Below, one piece after another: positions 1-12,142 of a DNA stretch of 64,000 bases. A program made the position numbers and the translations under genes. The stretch's first letter is position 1; each line of letters begins with the position of its first letter. Source of the DNA: Schizochytrium sp. TIO01 (taxonomy: Eukaryota > Protista > Bigyra: Labyrinthulomycetes); contig SMSO01000004.1 in assembly GCA_004764695.1 (NCBI GenBank), positions 1,860,001 through 1,924,000 on the forward strand, read 5' to 3'. The notes beneath the pieces were generated by a model. The model saw only the letters and a list, made by a program, of their open reading frames with translations. It was not told where the DNA came from and ran no database searches.

Positions 1-1
1 C

Positions 2-1054
2 CCGGAGGTTGGGCGGTCTGGAAAGGTAGCCTTGGGTGAAGATGAGATTGGACCTCTTATCAAAACTCTGTTAAAATGCGTGAAGAACCTCTGTATGGAA
101 CCGTCAGTTCTCGATGCACTGGAAGCGGCCGGGGCAATTCCAACCCTCGTCCCTTTCTTAGCATACTGCTCTTCAATGAGCAAGCTAGCCCGGGAGAAGG
201 CTGCGATGGCCCCAAGCAAGCATGCAGCACGTGCCTCTGGTAAGAACCGCGGCAACGGTGAGGAACCGAGCCGTGGGCTGCGACGTAATAATTCTTTCGT
301 TCCTGGTCGACAACTGAGCGCTTCGCAAGAGCAGCTTGTTAAAGAGATTCAAAACCTTGTCATGCTGGCTATGTTCTACCTTTGCCGCCTCAGCCGTTCT
401 CGTCAAGAACAGGCTGCAATTTCAGGTATCATCCCGTATCTCATGGATGCCGTTGCAACTCGAAGCCCTGTGAAAACATTCGCACTTCAGATTCTCACGG
501 ACTTCGCTCATACGTCTGACCTAACTCGCGACCAGCTATGGCGTTGCGAAGCACTCGAGTTTTACTTGGATCTTTTGGTCAGTGGGGACGTGTTCTGGCA
601 AGAGAAGGCCCTAATCTCTCTTGGAGCCTGGCTTACGCATGCCAGTCCAGAAGTGGAACGTGCTGTGTTACGCCCACGCTCGTTGCAATGTCTTGTTACG
701 TTGTTTCAGTCTGCACAGGGAAGTGCTTTTGAGAACTATGTCAAAGAGCTATTGCTCATGCTGACCAGGAGTGCTAAGCTCTCCGAAGCGATTGGACGCT
801 CTGGCCTCTTTATGGCTGAGCTTGTGGCTCGTCTTAGCTTTCCAAAGGCAGAGGTTCGAATTAACCTTCTCAAAATCCTCAAGATTATTGGAGAGCATCA
901 TCAGGACCTCGAGCATCTCGTCCTTGAGCATAACTTGTTTGCTGTGGTATCGAAACTTGCAAAACAAGCTGAAGATGCTCATCGCGTTCTTGTTGTAGAG
1001 ATTGCAAACCAACTTCTCGATGAGTGGAAGGCTGCATTATTGCCTAACTTTTAA
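2..1054 (+). CDS. C-terminal ARM/HEAT region of a Cdc7(S. pombe)/SepA/MAP3K-epsilon-type kinase, 5'-truncated by the window edge
   Basis: Frame is open from base 2 to TAA at 1054. Motifs LEAAGAIPTLV, LCRLSRSRQEQAAISGIIPYL, KTFALQILTDFAH and AEVRINLLKIL resemble the conserved C-terminal helical region of this family. The kinase domain would lie upstream of the window. Confidence 0.75.
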   Translation, partial: PEVGRSGKVALGEDEIGPLIKTLLKCVKNLCMEPSVLDALEAAGAIPTLVPFLAYCSSMSKLAREKAAMAPSKHAARASGKNRGNGEEPSRGLRRNNSFVPGRQLSASQEQLVKEIQNLVMLAMFYLCRLSRSRQEQAAISGIIPYLMDAVATRSPVKTFALQILTDFAHTSDLTRDQLWRCEALEFYLDLLVSGDVFWQEKALISLGAWLTHASPEVERAVLRPRSLQCLVTLFQSAQGSAFENYVKELLLMLTRSAKLSEAIGRSGLFMAELVARLSFPKAEVRINLLKILKIIGEHHQDLEHLVLEHNLFAVVSKLAKQAEDAHRVLVVEIANQLLDEWKAALLPNF

Positions 1055-4000
1055 ATTACTTGTGCATTCTTCTGACAAGACTTTGTTTAACCTGTGTGTA
1101 TTTCTCTTTTCCATATAAATAATCCAAAACTGAAAATGAATTTAATCAAGCTAGGTCTCACCGAAAATTGATGTTTGCAGTTTTAGCATAAGATTTTAAT
1201 TTTCCCTTGTGCAACTGATGAAATCCACAACTCATCAGTATCAACACATCATTTTACAACTGAGATTTAACATGGTGTGTTGATGTGCTGTGTTAACTTC
1301 TCTTTCGTGCGATTTGCTACAATCAAAATTAAAGATCAAACTTGAGAATGAATTTTATCTGAACAAAAATTAAGGCGAAGGTATTTTTATGAACCTGAAA
1401 CAAGCTCATTGTGTACATGTACTGCAGGCTCAAATTGCAAAACTCTTTTGAGATTTCAGGGAATGTAGACAAGCGCAGTGCTTTGATATTAGTAAATTTC
1501 AGGGTGCATTGAGCGGTGAAAGGTGCATTTGCCAAATGTAACCGTTTCTTATCAAGTAATGTACAGTATGGCATTATAGTTGAATGTTTCGCAGCAACGA
1601 AGTTGAAGTATATTTAGATCAGACGAGTTGCACAATTAAAAGAAGAAACAATTCTAAACTCAGAGTGTTTTACTTCGTCGTAGCAGCTGCTAGTGCTTCA
1701 TTTAAGCGAAAGATCTTGTCTCTTCTCTTCACTCACTTCTAGCATGTTCCATCTTTTCCTTCAGTGTGCGGATCCAGATACAAATTAATTTTTCTTATCA
1801 AATTTATAGCCTAATTCTGAACTACATACTAAACTGGTGCTCCGATGAGCTTATAAGCCTCTTTTTCTAACATTGCAGGTCAGTTATTCGCCTGCCTTTA
1901 AGTCATGACCTGTCTTGAAATCGTATTTTTCCATACTACTAAGGCGCCTTGAGACACATGACTCCATTCCGCATTAACGATACGTCACTAGAACATGCAT
2001 CCCTACAATCAGTCATTACAATGATCATGGCGATTATTCAACTCTAAAATTTGATTGGTTGTGGCATTCATGTCGAAACTAAGCTTTCACGCCTACCAAT
2101 TCCGGGGAGTTCATTTGTTGTGCCGCAGGCAAAACCGAGCTATGTCAACGCAAAAGCGAACTTCAGTCTCGTCGGCGAGGCTGGTGTCGTTGCTGACTTA
2201 GATTGGATCAGCATAACTTTTGTTTTTGTAATGTCTCCTCTGTTCTTTTCATTCTCTGCTAAATGTTCTGACTGCCTGCCTGACTGACTGACTATCCCGT
2301 AAAAAGTACCAAGAAGCTCTGCTCCGGCGCCGCCGCAGTTTTTTGCGAAGCTCAGTTGCCGTTTGAGTTCGGTGGCCCGCAAGCACAGCCCTCTATTTCG
2401 CGCAAACTTCAATTTAGGATGGCCCTTGTGGACCTCGCAGCTACTTCGCGAGGAAGGCATGAACTCCATATTCCACTATAAACTTTGCTGATCAAGTCAC
2501 GCTAACCGATCATAACTCAAGAAGAAGATAAAAGTTCTTGAAGAAGGCCGAGTATCGCACGATTTGGAATAAGAGTGTAGTGTGTCTCAGTTCAGAGCTA
2601 ACCAACTTCAAGTTCGTTGGCAGAAGATGTCAGCCTTGGTCTTCCCATCGTTGCTCACTCTGTTTACAAGTTTCTATCCTCCTATCACCATGGCCCTTCA
2701 GTAGGAAGCAGTTAGGGGGACCTATCACTCGTTTTTCTTAAAAAAGGAAAGGGCAATTATTCTTATAAGATACATTTTCAATAATTATAGGTAAGGTCTA
2801 TAGCATTGTAAGCTCTATGAAGTAGTGCTGTGCAGCATATCTACAGCAATGCGCCACCCTATGAACCTGAAATGCCGGAAATCTACAAGTACTGAACATG
2901 GAAACAAGCAGACAAGGACAAAAGTACTGCTCTCATAACCATTCCTTCAAATTAAAAATAAAATAACAACAAAGAAACTAAATTATTAATGTTCATTTTA
3001 AAATTCTTTTCTTTTCTTTCAAATTTTATTTTAAAATAAATAAAAATAAAAATAAAAATAAAAACTTGGGAAGGGAAAAAAAAAAAAAAAAAAAATGTCA
3101 GAAAAAAGTATCGAAGGCCAATCGAATTTTGTTTGTGGCCAAAGTCTGATGTGAAGGAAATAAATAGAACTAGGACCTTGGGAGGGATTGACGTGGAGGG
3201 AACATATAAGCGCCAAGGTTTATTGCTGACTAGGGGCTTGCGTGTATAATGATAATGACAATCATGTGGAGTAGCTTAGTTGAGAATGAATGATGGAGAG
3301 ATTCTCCGCTTCCATTTGCTACCGTCAATCTGGGATGGTCAATTCGGGCTCTATTTCTGTTGCTCCTTTTCTTCCTGAGGATTCTGTTATTTCTTGCTGA
3401 TGCGCTCATGGATACTTTGAATATTTTGCTACTTTGATGCGACGCCGTCGATTCCAGGAGGTTCAACGGATGCCATAGGTACAATCAGCCAGCCACACGC
3501 CAACGGCTTGGCTCCCTAACTTGAAGGATGCAGAAAACCTAGACCAAGAGCAGGCAGTTTGGCACGAGCCCAATAATATCGTCACGGAAATGATGGAGAC
3601 TCCACAAATTGAATGTTCACACATTTAACAGCTTTTCCACTGTATTCTTCATATCTCATGGTCGATCATGAACAAACTAGAGGCACGGAGGGCTTCAACA
3701 GAATCAAGGCAGACTGCATCTAGCTTTAGGCCTTGAGAAGACTAGAAAGCCAAAAGATTCACGATTGAACGTTGTTCTTGTCATTCTTGTTCGCACCTCA
3801 AAATAGCTTATAACCACGAAGGATCAATTACTCTATACAATCTTGAGACTGGGACATGGCAGTCAACCGCCTTCAAGATCAGCACCGTTCAAGACGGACT
3901 TTGTTTAACTAGAACCAGCCCTACCTGCGTTGAAATTCACCTCCTCGAAATGAGTAAAACGAGTTCTTCGCAAGAGCTTGGTGTTTTTCTTTGAACCAAC

Positions 4001-4433
4001 CCCGGGGCAGCCAAGATTGCTCTCGCGAGAGTCTTTGTTTTAAAGAGATAGCTAGCCATTATTGCCGGAGAGTTTACTCAAAAGCCTCGTGTTCGCCAAA
4101 AGTCTCGCTCCGGTTCTAATGTTGGCCTAGGTGTATCTAGATCCTGCCACGGAGCCGGCAAGCGTTCACCCGCCGCTCTAGCTAGCACCTAGCGATCCGT
4201 TATACTCTCAACTCTACGCTGTGCCATTTTTTATCTTAAAGTTGCCACCTTTGGACTTCTTCTTTTGAGCCGGGCTCCATTATTGCCATTCTTAGAGTCT
4301 TCGCAGTTCGTTGCTTGTGCTTGTTCGCCCGACCTCATCACCCACCCGCCCAGTCGCAACTCCACCTCGCGGGGCACGACATGGTGCCTCTTCAACGGGC
4401 AGAACTCCGTTTCATGTCGGACGTGGAGAGTCT

Positions 4434-4497
4434 TTGGCCGAGTTTTTGGCCGGGTTCTTAGCCGGGTTCTTGGCCGGGTTCTTGGCCGGGTTCTTGG
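4434..4497. repeat. 12-bp tandem repeat (TTGGCCGGGTTC) x5.3
   Basis: Units start at 4434, 4446, 4458, 4470 and 4482, with a partial unit at 4494; the first and third units carry substitutions. Confidence 0.95.
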
Positions 4498-4906
4498 TCA
4501 GAACTGCAGAACCCACAACTGTCATGAGGGGTTCTTTTTGACCTCTCTAAAGCGAATATCGAGTTTCAAGTTGTTTGAGCCTCCCGTGCGTTGAAGTTGG
4601 AGAGGCCTTCAAGTATGGACACTCCGCAGGAGACGCCTCGCAACCTCTGTAACCGGTGTCCTCGCCGGCTTCGGAGTTCGGGGTGGGTTGCACGAATCGT
4701 GAATTCGTCTTTCGCAGATTCTGAAGACCTACCTTCCGCCGGAAGCGAAAGACCAGCTCACAATCGCCATCGGCATCGCAGCCTACATCTGCGTGTAAAA
4801 AACAGCAATCAAACTTACCCGCGCTGGTCATCGCCATACTCAAGTTTCATCCAACCCGAGGGCTCGAATAAGTCAAGACGAGACGAGATGTAATCCATTT
4901 CGATCG

Positions 4907-5584
4907 ATGTGGAGGCACGGGTTATGCGTTGTGTCTGTCATGGTATGGTACGAAAGTCTATGTATATTTGGGTACCTCGAACGGCCAACGCATCCGAGCA
5001 CTAGACACGCCAGGTCTCTTCATATGATCTCAGCGCCCAAACGAGTGCACCTACAAATGGACAACCCAGGTGATTCCCGCAACGATCGCCATGCTCGTGA
5101 CATATGCCTTAGAGCTAGCTAGCTCTTTCTGCCCAACTTGGAGGAGGTGCCTGTGCCTGCCTCCCTACATAACAATGTCATTGTCAAACAGGCAAGTTCT
5201 TGAACTACAGCGATTCTACACGACCTCTGCGGCGATGGATAGCTAGAGTGGAGATCCCTCAATCACAATTGAAACTCGAAGAACTGGCTAAATAAACCGT
5301 AAAACCAGTACCTACATATGGAATACCAGCATTGGAAATTCCTACGAACTCAATTTCATTCATGTATAGAAAGAACGTCAGAAGTGCCCAGAAACTGCTG
5401 CATCTAGCTAGCTCTTTGAGAAACTCTCCGCATCGCATCTTATGCCGCACTTGCGCGCGTTGTAGTGCTAAGATCCCCGTGTCATCATGGCCGTTTCGCT
5501 TCAGTTTTATAAATTCCAGCCTCGATAAATCAAGTTCTCAAAATTTTACTAGATCTTGCAAAAAGATCAGGGCATTCTCGGTAG
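4907..5584 (+). pseudogene. Possible decayed ankyrin-repeat gene
   Basis: One frame with several internal stops reads SLCIFGYLE, TAILHDLCGDG*LE, ETLRIASYAALARVVVL and LLDLAKRSGHSR, each resembling the ankyrin consensus TPLHxAxxxGHxxVV. Recognised by eye only. Confidence 0.4.
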
Positions 5585-8446
5585 CTAGCTGACTAACTAA
5601 CTATATCAAGTACATAGCCTACGTGGGCTCACAATAAATCGGTCTCCACTGAAGGTTGAGGGTGCAGGCGTTCCCAGACGCACCCACCCGGGCCCAGGAG
5701 AAGCTGTGTAGCTCTGCGCAGATTCGAGGCACAAGGGGGTATGCTAAACCTTTTTACTGCAAGGAAGACAGCGTATCGTTGAGAGGGGAGACCTTTATAA
5801 AGGTCAGGCTGCTCGTGTTTCTGCACTGAAGCTTGTGCAGGTACAGTGGGAGGAGAGAGGAGCCAGGGACTGAAGCTGTGGGTCCGTGTGAGTATTACAA
5901 TGGGAGGTTGAGATTTATATGTATTGTGAAGCGGAGCTAGCAAATAGGCCCAAAGAACTGCACTAGTGTAGGTCAATGGGGGCAAAATGAAACAAATGCG
6001 CAGGTTTATTTAAGCTGTGGGAACCTTGTGAGGGGCAGAATTCCAAAGGAAGGCGACGAGAACACAGTCACGCTGAGAGGAGGGAGCGCCTCTCTCTACG
6101 CAGTGGGTGGCGATGAGAGGAGTCGCTGACCCTTTTTTGAAAGCATATTATTTGATACAAACATACACATTTTTCAACATTTTCCGATTCGCTAGCCACA
6201 GGGAGTGAGAAAGTAGGTATGAAATCATCGAAGATCCATCGGCGATGCTCAAAGACCTCACTGGGAAATGCAAACATTCATGAACCCCGAGAGGCTGGCT
6301 AGCTGGCTGGCTATAGATCGCTGCTTCCTTTGAATAGAAGCAATTGAAGTTGTTCATTTCCATTCACAAAGAATTTTTATTTGATGTTCTCTTTTTTCTT
6401 CTTTTTTAATTGTGAATCACTGACCAAGAACAGAGCTCGCGCCACATTTCTGCATGTGAAACAAGCCGGTAGCCACAAGTCAGAGCACGCCACATCCTCT
6501 CACGCGGGTGACGCCGCCTTGAACGCAGGGCTCGTCAGTCTGAGTGCCCTCCAGGCAGTGGCTAGTAGGCAGCCTTGTCTGATCTCTTCGGTTTGTCTGC
6601 TTCGGTTTGTTTGCTCTGGAGCGCAGAAACAGCGAAAGTACATAGCTAGCTAGCTAGCTAGACAATTTGTTGTTCTCGTTCTTGCCGTTCTTTTTGTTTA
6701 TTTGTTTTGTTTTTATAAATGACTGTCTGCCTAGCAACCAGTCTCAGTTTTGGGGTAGAGGTATCCCTGGTTCTGAAGGATGATTCTCCCTGAGAGGAGG
6801 TGAAGAATGCGAAGCTCGGGCTTGAATTAGGCAGAGTTTCCACGGCTGCAAATTAATCGATGCGAAGGTCGAAGGAATGAGCGATCCAATATGATTGAAT
6901 TGACCTGCTACTCGAGTGTGGCCTCTGAAAGCTCAAGGACTCATCATTGCCTTTTGTTGCCGAGTGGTTGCTGGCTTTGGCGCGAGTTTTTACCCGACTC
7001 GGAGTTGCTAAAAGGTGTTTCGACCTATTACCTCTGAATAGTGAGAGTGAGAGTGCTGTTATTAACTACAGGTACCATCGCAGATTGGCCCTCCTCAAAG
7101 TTCCTCCTTTTATTTATTCTGCTATCACGGTCCGCGCTGCACTGCTACGCCAAAGCCTATCGGCCTTAGCAGTGTCTCGCTAGGCACTCTATCCCTCACT
7201 TTCTCTTTCATAGATTTTACACCTTTAACGAATGTTCGAACGTAATAAGGACAGCGAAATAAGTTTCAAAGTCGAGTTCTCTTTTTCTTTTCATATTCCA
7301 AGTTAGGCTCAGCTGGCAATTATGATTTCAATTTATTTGTTTATTTATTTATAATTTTTAACTTGTTTTAAAGAAGTTGTTCTGTTTGTTTCATATTTGG
7401 TTATTTACATTTTAGTTTTCAAATGTTTTTTTCATTCTTTAAATAGGTACCTCTGTAGGAGCAAACAAAGCGCGATGGAATGGAACAATGGAACAATGGA
7501 ACTTGGATGGAGTTCGAGGAATCATTTCGGATTGTACAGCAGAAGCAGTTTCATTCAGGGTTCGCAAACGCAGAGGTACCTACGTTTGCAGCTGAGGCAG
7601 CTCTCGCCTTGGCTAGAAACTCAGCGGAACCGACCTTCAACTCGGCCTCCCGCGAGAAACTCATGCCTGGAAGCACAGCACGAATGGATCGATAAATATA
7701 ACAAACAAACGAATCACATAACTAGATAACTCAGTTATCCGGAGCCCAGCTTTGCCGCACCTGCCTCTCGAAAAGAACAGAACGGAGGTATCTAGCAGCT
7801 AGCTAGCCTCTTCGAGCTATTCTCTTTCTCGCCTTCTCTGCTTAGAGACAGAACAGAGGTCTCTCTCGTATTTGCGTTGCGCAGAACCCGGATTCCGCTC
7901 GAAGTGAGGACAGAGTTCCGTACTGACGGCGAGGCTTGAGAACCCCGGCGGCATGCGCAGACCTGCCTGGCTGCCTGGCTGCCTGACTGCCTGTGCCAGT
8001 TGTGCTTGGCGCGGAGGCGAAGCGTCTTGGCGCTGGCCAGCGCTGGCCTCACCGGCGGCGGCAGCGAGGAGCACAGCGGTTCGCTGGGCTCTCAAGAGCA
8101 GGGAGAACCGCCTCGATAACTAGCACATTTGCAGCTCATGAGGTTTCCGAAAACGATCGAAGCGAAGAGACTTCGAGGGCCCCGAAGGCGTGGAGGCGAG
8201 CCAAGGCCTGTGCCGGCAGGCCGGAGGCAGCGCCAAGAGGAGGCATCGCAGCGGCGGAGATGGGCCTCGTGGTGGAGAATTGAAGCAGAGGCATTCTGTG
8301 CTCGAGGAGCGAAGCAAAGCCGTGCGAACTTGGATTGGAATCAATCGCTCTGCCGATAGAGTGAGCTGAAAGGAGGATGGATCAGTTGAATGAAGTGAAC
8401 GAATCGTTCACTTCGCGAGAAAATGGAACACTGACTCGCTCTCCTA

Positions 8447-8498
8447 ACTGACTGACTGATTGACTGACTGACTGACTGACTGACTGTCTAACTGACTG
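8447..8498. repeat. (ACTG)n microsatellite
   Basis: Imperfect ACTG/TGAC run read directly. Confidence 0.9.
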
Positions 8499-8634
8499 AG
8501 TTAGCTCTAAACAGTAGTAGCTCGCCAGGAGGGTATCATCATCATGGGTAGATAGAAAATAGATAGGTATGGTGCTGCGAATAGTGAGAAGACTAGAATT
8601 GGAAGACGAGGAAGAAACGAAGCGAATGACTGAG

Positions 8635-9120
8635 TTCATTAATTCATTTATTCATTCATCTATTCATTCATTTATTCATTCATTTATTCATTCATTTATT
8701 CATTCATTTATTCATTCATTTATTCATTCATTTATTCATTCCTTCATTCATTCGATCATTCATTCATTCATTCATTTATTCATTCATTTATTCATTCATT
8801 TATTCATTCATTTATTCATTCATTTATTCATTCCTTCATTCATTCGATCATTCATTCATTCATTCATTCATTCATTCATTCATTCATTCATTCGATTATT
8901 CATTCATTCATTTATTTATTTATTCATTCAAGTTCATTCAAGTTCATTCATTCATTCATTCATTCATTCATTCATTCATTCATTCATTCATTCATTCATT
9001 CATTCATTCATTCATTCATTTATTTATTTATTCATTCAAGTTCATTCAAGTTCATTCATTCATTCATTCATTCATTCATTCATTCATTCATTCATTCATT
9101 CATTCATTCATTTCTTCATT
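8635..9120. repeat. Long compound (TTCA/TTTA)n microsatellite, about 485 bp
   Basis: Continuous ATTC run with TTTA, TTCC, TCGA and CAAG variants. It explains the spurious SFIH-repeat ORF at 8569-9300. Confidence 0.97.
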
Positions 9121-9298
9121 CGTTTGATCATGAGCGAGGAAGGAGTCAGGCTCCTCGAAGGCCTGCGGGGATCGACAGGTGCGTTGCCGGTGGATGCCGA
9201 GGAGACGATCGAACGACCGCATCGACTGGCCTCGCTGAAAGGCCTCCTGGCAGCGAGAGCAGCAGCCCCTTCGAAAGGTTTTCCGCAGATCTCGTGCT

Positions 9299-9380
9299 GA
9301 TCAATCAATCGATCAGGATTCATTCACCTAATCAATCAATCAATCAGTCAGTCAATCAATCAATCAATCAGTCAATCAAT
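9299..9380. repeat. (ATCA/GTCA)n microsatellite
   Basis: Imperfect ATCA/GTCA run read directly. Confidence 0.85.
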
Positions 9381-12142
9381 TAATGCTGCGCCGACTATTG
9401 AAAGAGGAGGCTAAATGAAACAAAGTCAAAGACGCCGCTGCAATAAATAGCAACACAGCGGAACTAACCGAAGCGCTTAAAACGCTGCTTCGAGTCGCTT
9501 GTTGATCAATTAATTGTGCAGTGAACGAGGAGACAGAGGAAACTGAAGTTTTGGGATGGAATGGATGGAGGGTTGGTTCGTTGCCATCATCGAAGAAGAC
9601 CGATCTTTGAAAGGGTTCTTGCTACTGCGCCCTTTGCCGTCTTCTCTTTGTGCTCCTTGTGTTTCCTTACGATTTCGATTGAAGAGAAAGGAAGAAGCCT
9701 CCAAAGAATGATTTTCTCTCTCACTTTCACTTCTCATTTTGTAAACGATTTAAAAAAAAAAAAAATTAATAAATAAAAATCATCGTGAGTAACTAATTAC
9801 AAAACCTGGAGTAGCACTCGCATAGGATGATTTAATCTCGCTAAGCACCGGCTAGGAGGGTAGTAAGACAATGATGAGTATAGAAAGAACAGAGTCTCAA
9901 AGAACACATTGAAACTGGCAGCTGGACAGCGTCGTGGCCCTGGGAACTCAGGCAGCTAGCTGGAAACCACAGAGAAGGGCACTCACTCAGCATGCATGAG
10001 CAGTTTCAAGACTGCTGAAAATAAGGCCGGCAAGGCTGCTCAGAGGCGGCTTTGGACGCTAGCTAAGCTTTCAACGGAGGCGAGGATATGCGTCTTGCCC
10101 GGTTTTGACACAAGGCCAAGGCTGATACGGTGTTTGTTATAATCCTTTTTTTTTTTGTAAAATAGCCCAGGACCTAACCACCTCTCAAGATAAACCGTAG
10201 GAGGTGTTCCTAGGCTCTGTTCTACTTTGGTTCTTATTAGTTTGTGAATGAATGTTTTTGGTGTCTTTCTTTCTTTCATTCTTTCTCTCCTCTCTCTTTT
10301 TTTTCTTTTTCCTATTGTTCCTTTTCGTTTTATTTCCGGGTCCTTTCCGCAGAAAAAGAACTTGAAATCCGCTGTTTTTCAGGGTCAAACTGAAGACGGT
10401 TTCAATGCACGTTGCTTTGCCCAGGATAAGAGACCCCGGGGTGAGGAAAGCCACTCTCCCATAAAAGAACAACGCGCCCCGCTTCTCCGTCCTGAAGGTT
10501 TTGGTTTCCTCTGCAAAGTTTCCACTCTGTTTCTATCTGTTTCTGTTTTCTATGAAATGAAGATCGATTTGATCTACTACATACCTGCCATCAGTACCTA
10601 CCGTGGTCACTGGAACGTAGGAGTTGGTAGGCCGCGGTAGCAGTGCCCAAGAGTGGTTCAAATGAATGAAGTTCATTGATTCATTCATTCAGGAGAGAGA
10701 GAGAGAGAAAGGGAAAGAAAGAGAAAAGAACTTTGAAAGATGAACCAAAGAAAGCACTAGCGCTACTGGGGCAGGTAGCTAACTGCTAGTAAGTAAGTAG
10801 CCTGGTATGAGGAATGAATAAACGAAAAGGCGCACCAAATATTCAAATGCCTAGGGAGGTTCTTAGAGGAAGAAGGGGCCTAAGAAGAGGAACTTGGAAT
10901 AGCATGGAATTCATTCATTCAAATTGGAATTCAAATTCAAATCGAAGGGCTCGTTGAAAAGCGTATTTGAAATAGTTGCAGGCAGACCCTGTTGGAGAGG
11001 AGCAGCCGCACGCAGGCAGGGCAGCAAGGAGGGCGCAGAGCCACCGCAGACGGACTCTGGCATACACGCACGCACGCACGCACGCACTCACCGACGGACG
11101 GACGGACTGTCCGAAAGTGATCGCGTTCGCGTGTTGCTTGAACTCACTCATTCTTGTCGTCGCGGAATCCGCTGGATTCCAAAGCCAGGCACCGGCAAAG
11201 AACAGGGCCGCGGCAAGCGCTTCGAAAGGCGGAAAGTTCGCAGCGAGAGAAAAGGACGGGATCAGTACATAGTAGCACGTTGAAAAGCTCAAGGTGTCTT
11301 TAAAGGACGAGGTGCTCCGCGACTACCCGCTGCTGCTGCTCTTTCTGCTGTCGTTGCCCCGTCGTCGGAGAGTCCGCGCGAGAACCTCTCTTTTTTTCTT
11401 CTTTTGGACAGCCATTTTCAGAAGAAGCGGAAGAAGCGTAGGAGTTGCATATTCACTGCTAGGAATATCTACTAAGGTATTATTGCATAAGAGTGACGAA
11501 GACGGCGAGGACAAGGACCGCCATCATTTCGTTTGCTGGGGATAAAGAATCGCCGCGGTAAACTCGCAGTCGTTGAGAAGAACTCCTTTGGATACCGTGG
11601 AGAGGATCTCACTTTGTGGACGAAGGTAGAACTGCTGGCAAGCTCAAAAGGGATATTAAAGAGGAACATTTTGCCTAGTTGCGGGGAAATAAGAGGTTCT
11701 TTGTCTACTGGAGTGGTCTTACCTGTTGGTGACTTTAGATCTTCTCGATCCTTGGGCAACAATACTTGACAAGTGCAACGCGTGCTCTCTGCCTCAAGGT
11801 ACGATACGTATTTTCTTTTTTCCTCTCTTTATCATTGCCAACCCAGCTCTGGGAATTGGAGGATTTAAGGTCCGCTCGATCGCCTACGCGCTGCTGACTT
11901 TGCAATCTATACTTACTCTGTTACCAACTCTTCGTGCTTTGAGCTAGGAGGCCTCTTTGAAAGGCTTGCGTCACGCACTCGCATCTGTGTACGTGATCTC
12001 AGGAATTTGAATCCCATTAAACTCTTTGAAGACTCTTGTCACAAAAGTTGCGTGGGTAGCCAACGAACAAATTAAAAAAAGTCGAATAAAGATCGTACAC
12101 AAACGGGGCAAGTAACACACATATATTTAGACTTAATTCGAG

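Noticed and set aside
4434-4497. CRISPR-like array
   Set aside because: Head-to-tail 12-mers without spacers, no cas genes, eukaryotic context.
7792-8359. Cluster of overlapping 70-96 aa ORFs in a GC-rich island (likewise 10915-11292 and 31019-31380)
   Set aside because: Open on both strands because of high GC, with no domain-like content.
8569-9300. 243-aa SFIH-repeat ORF
   Set aside because: Product of the (TTCA)n microsatellite, which has no plus-strand stops.
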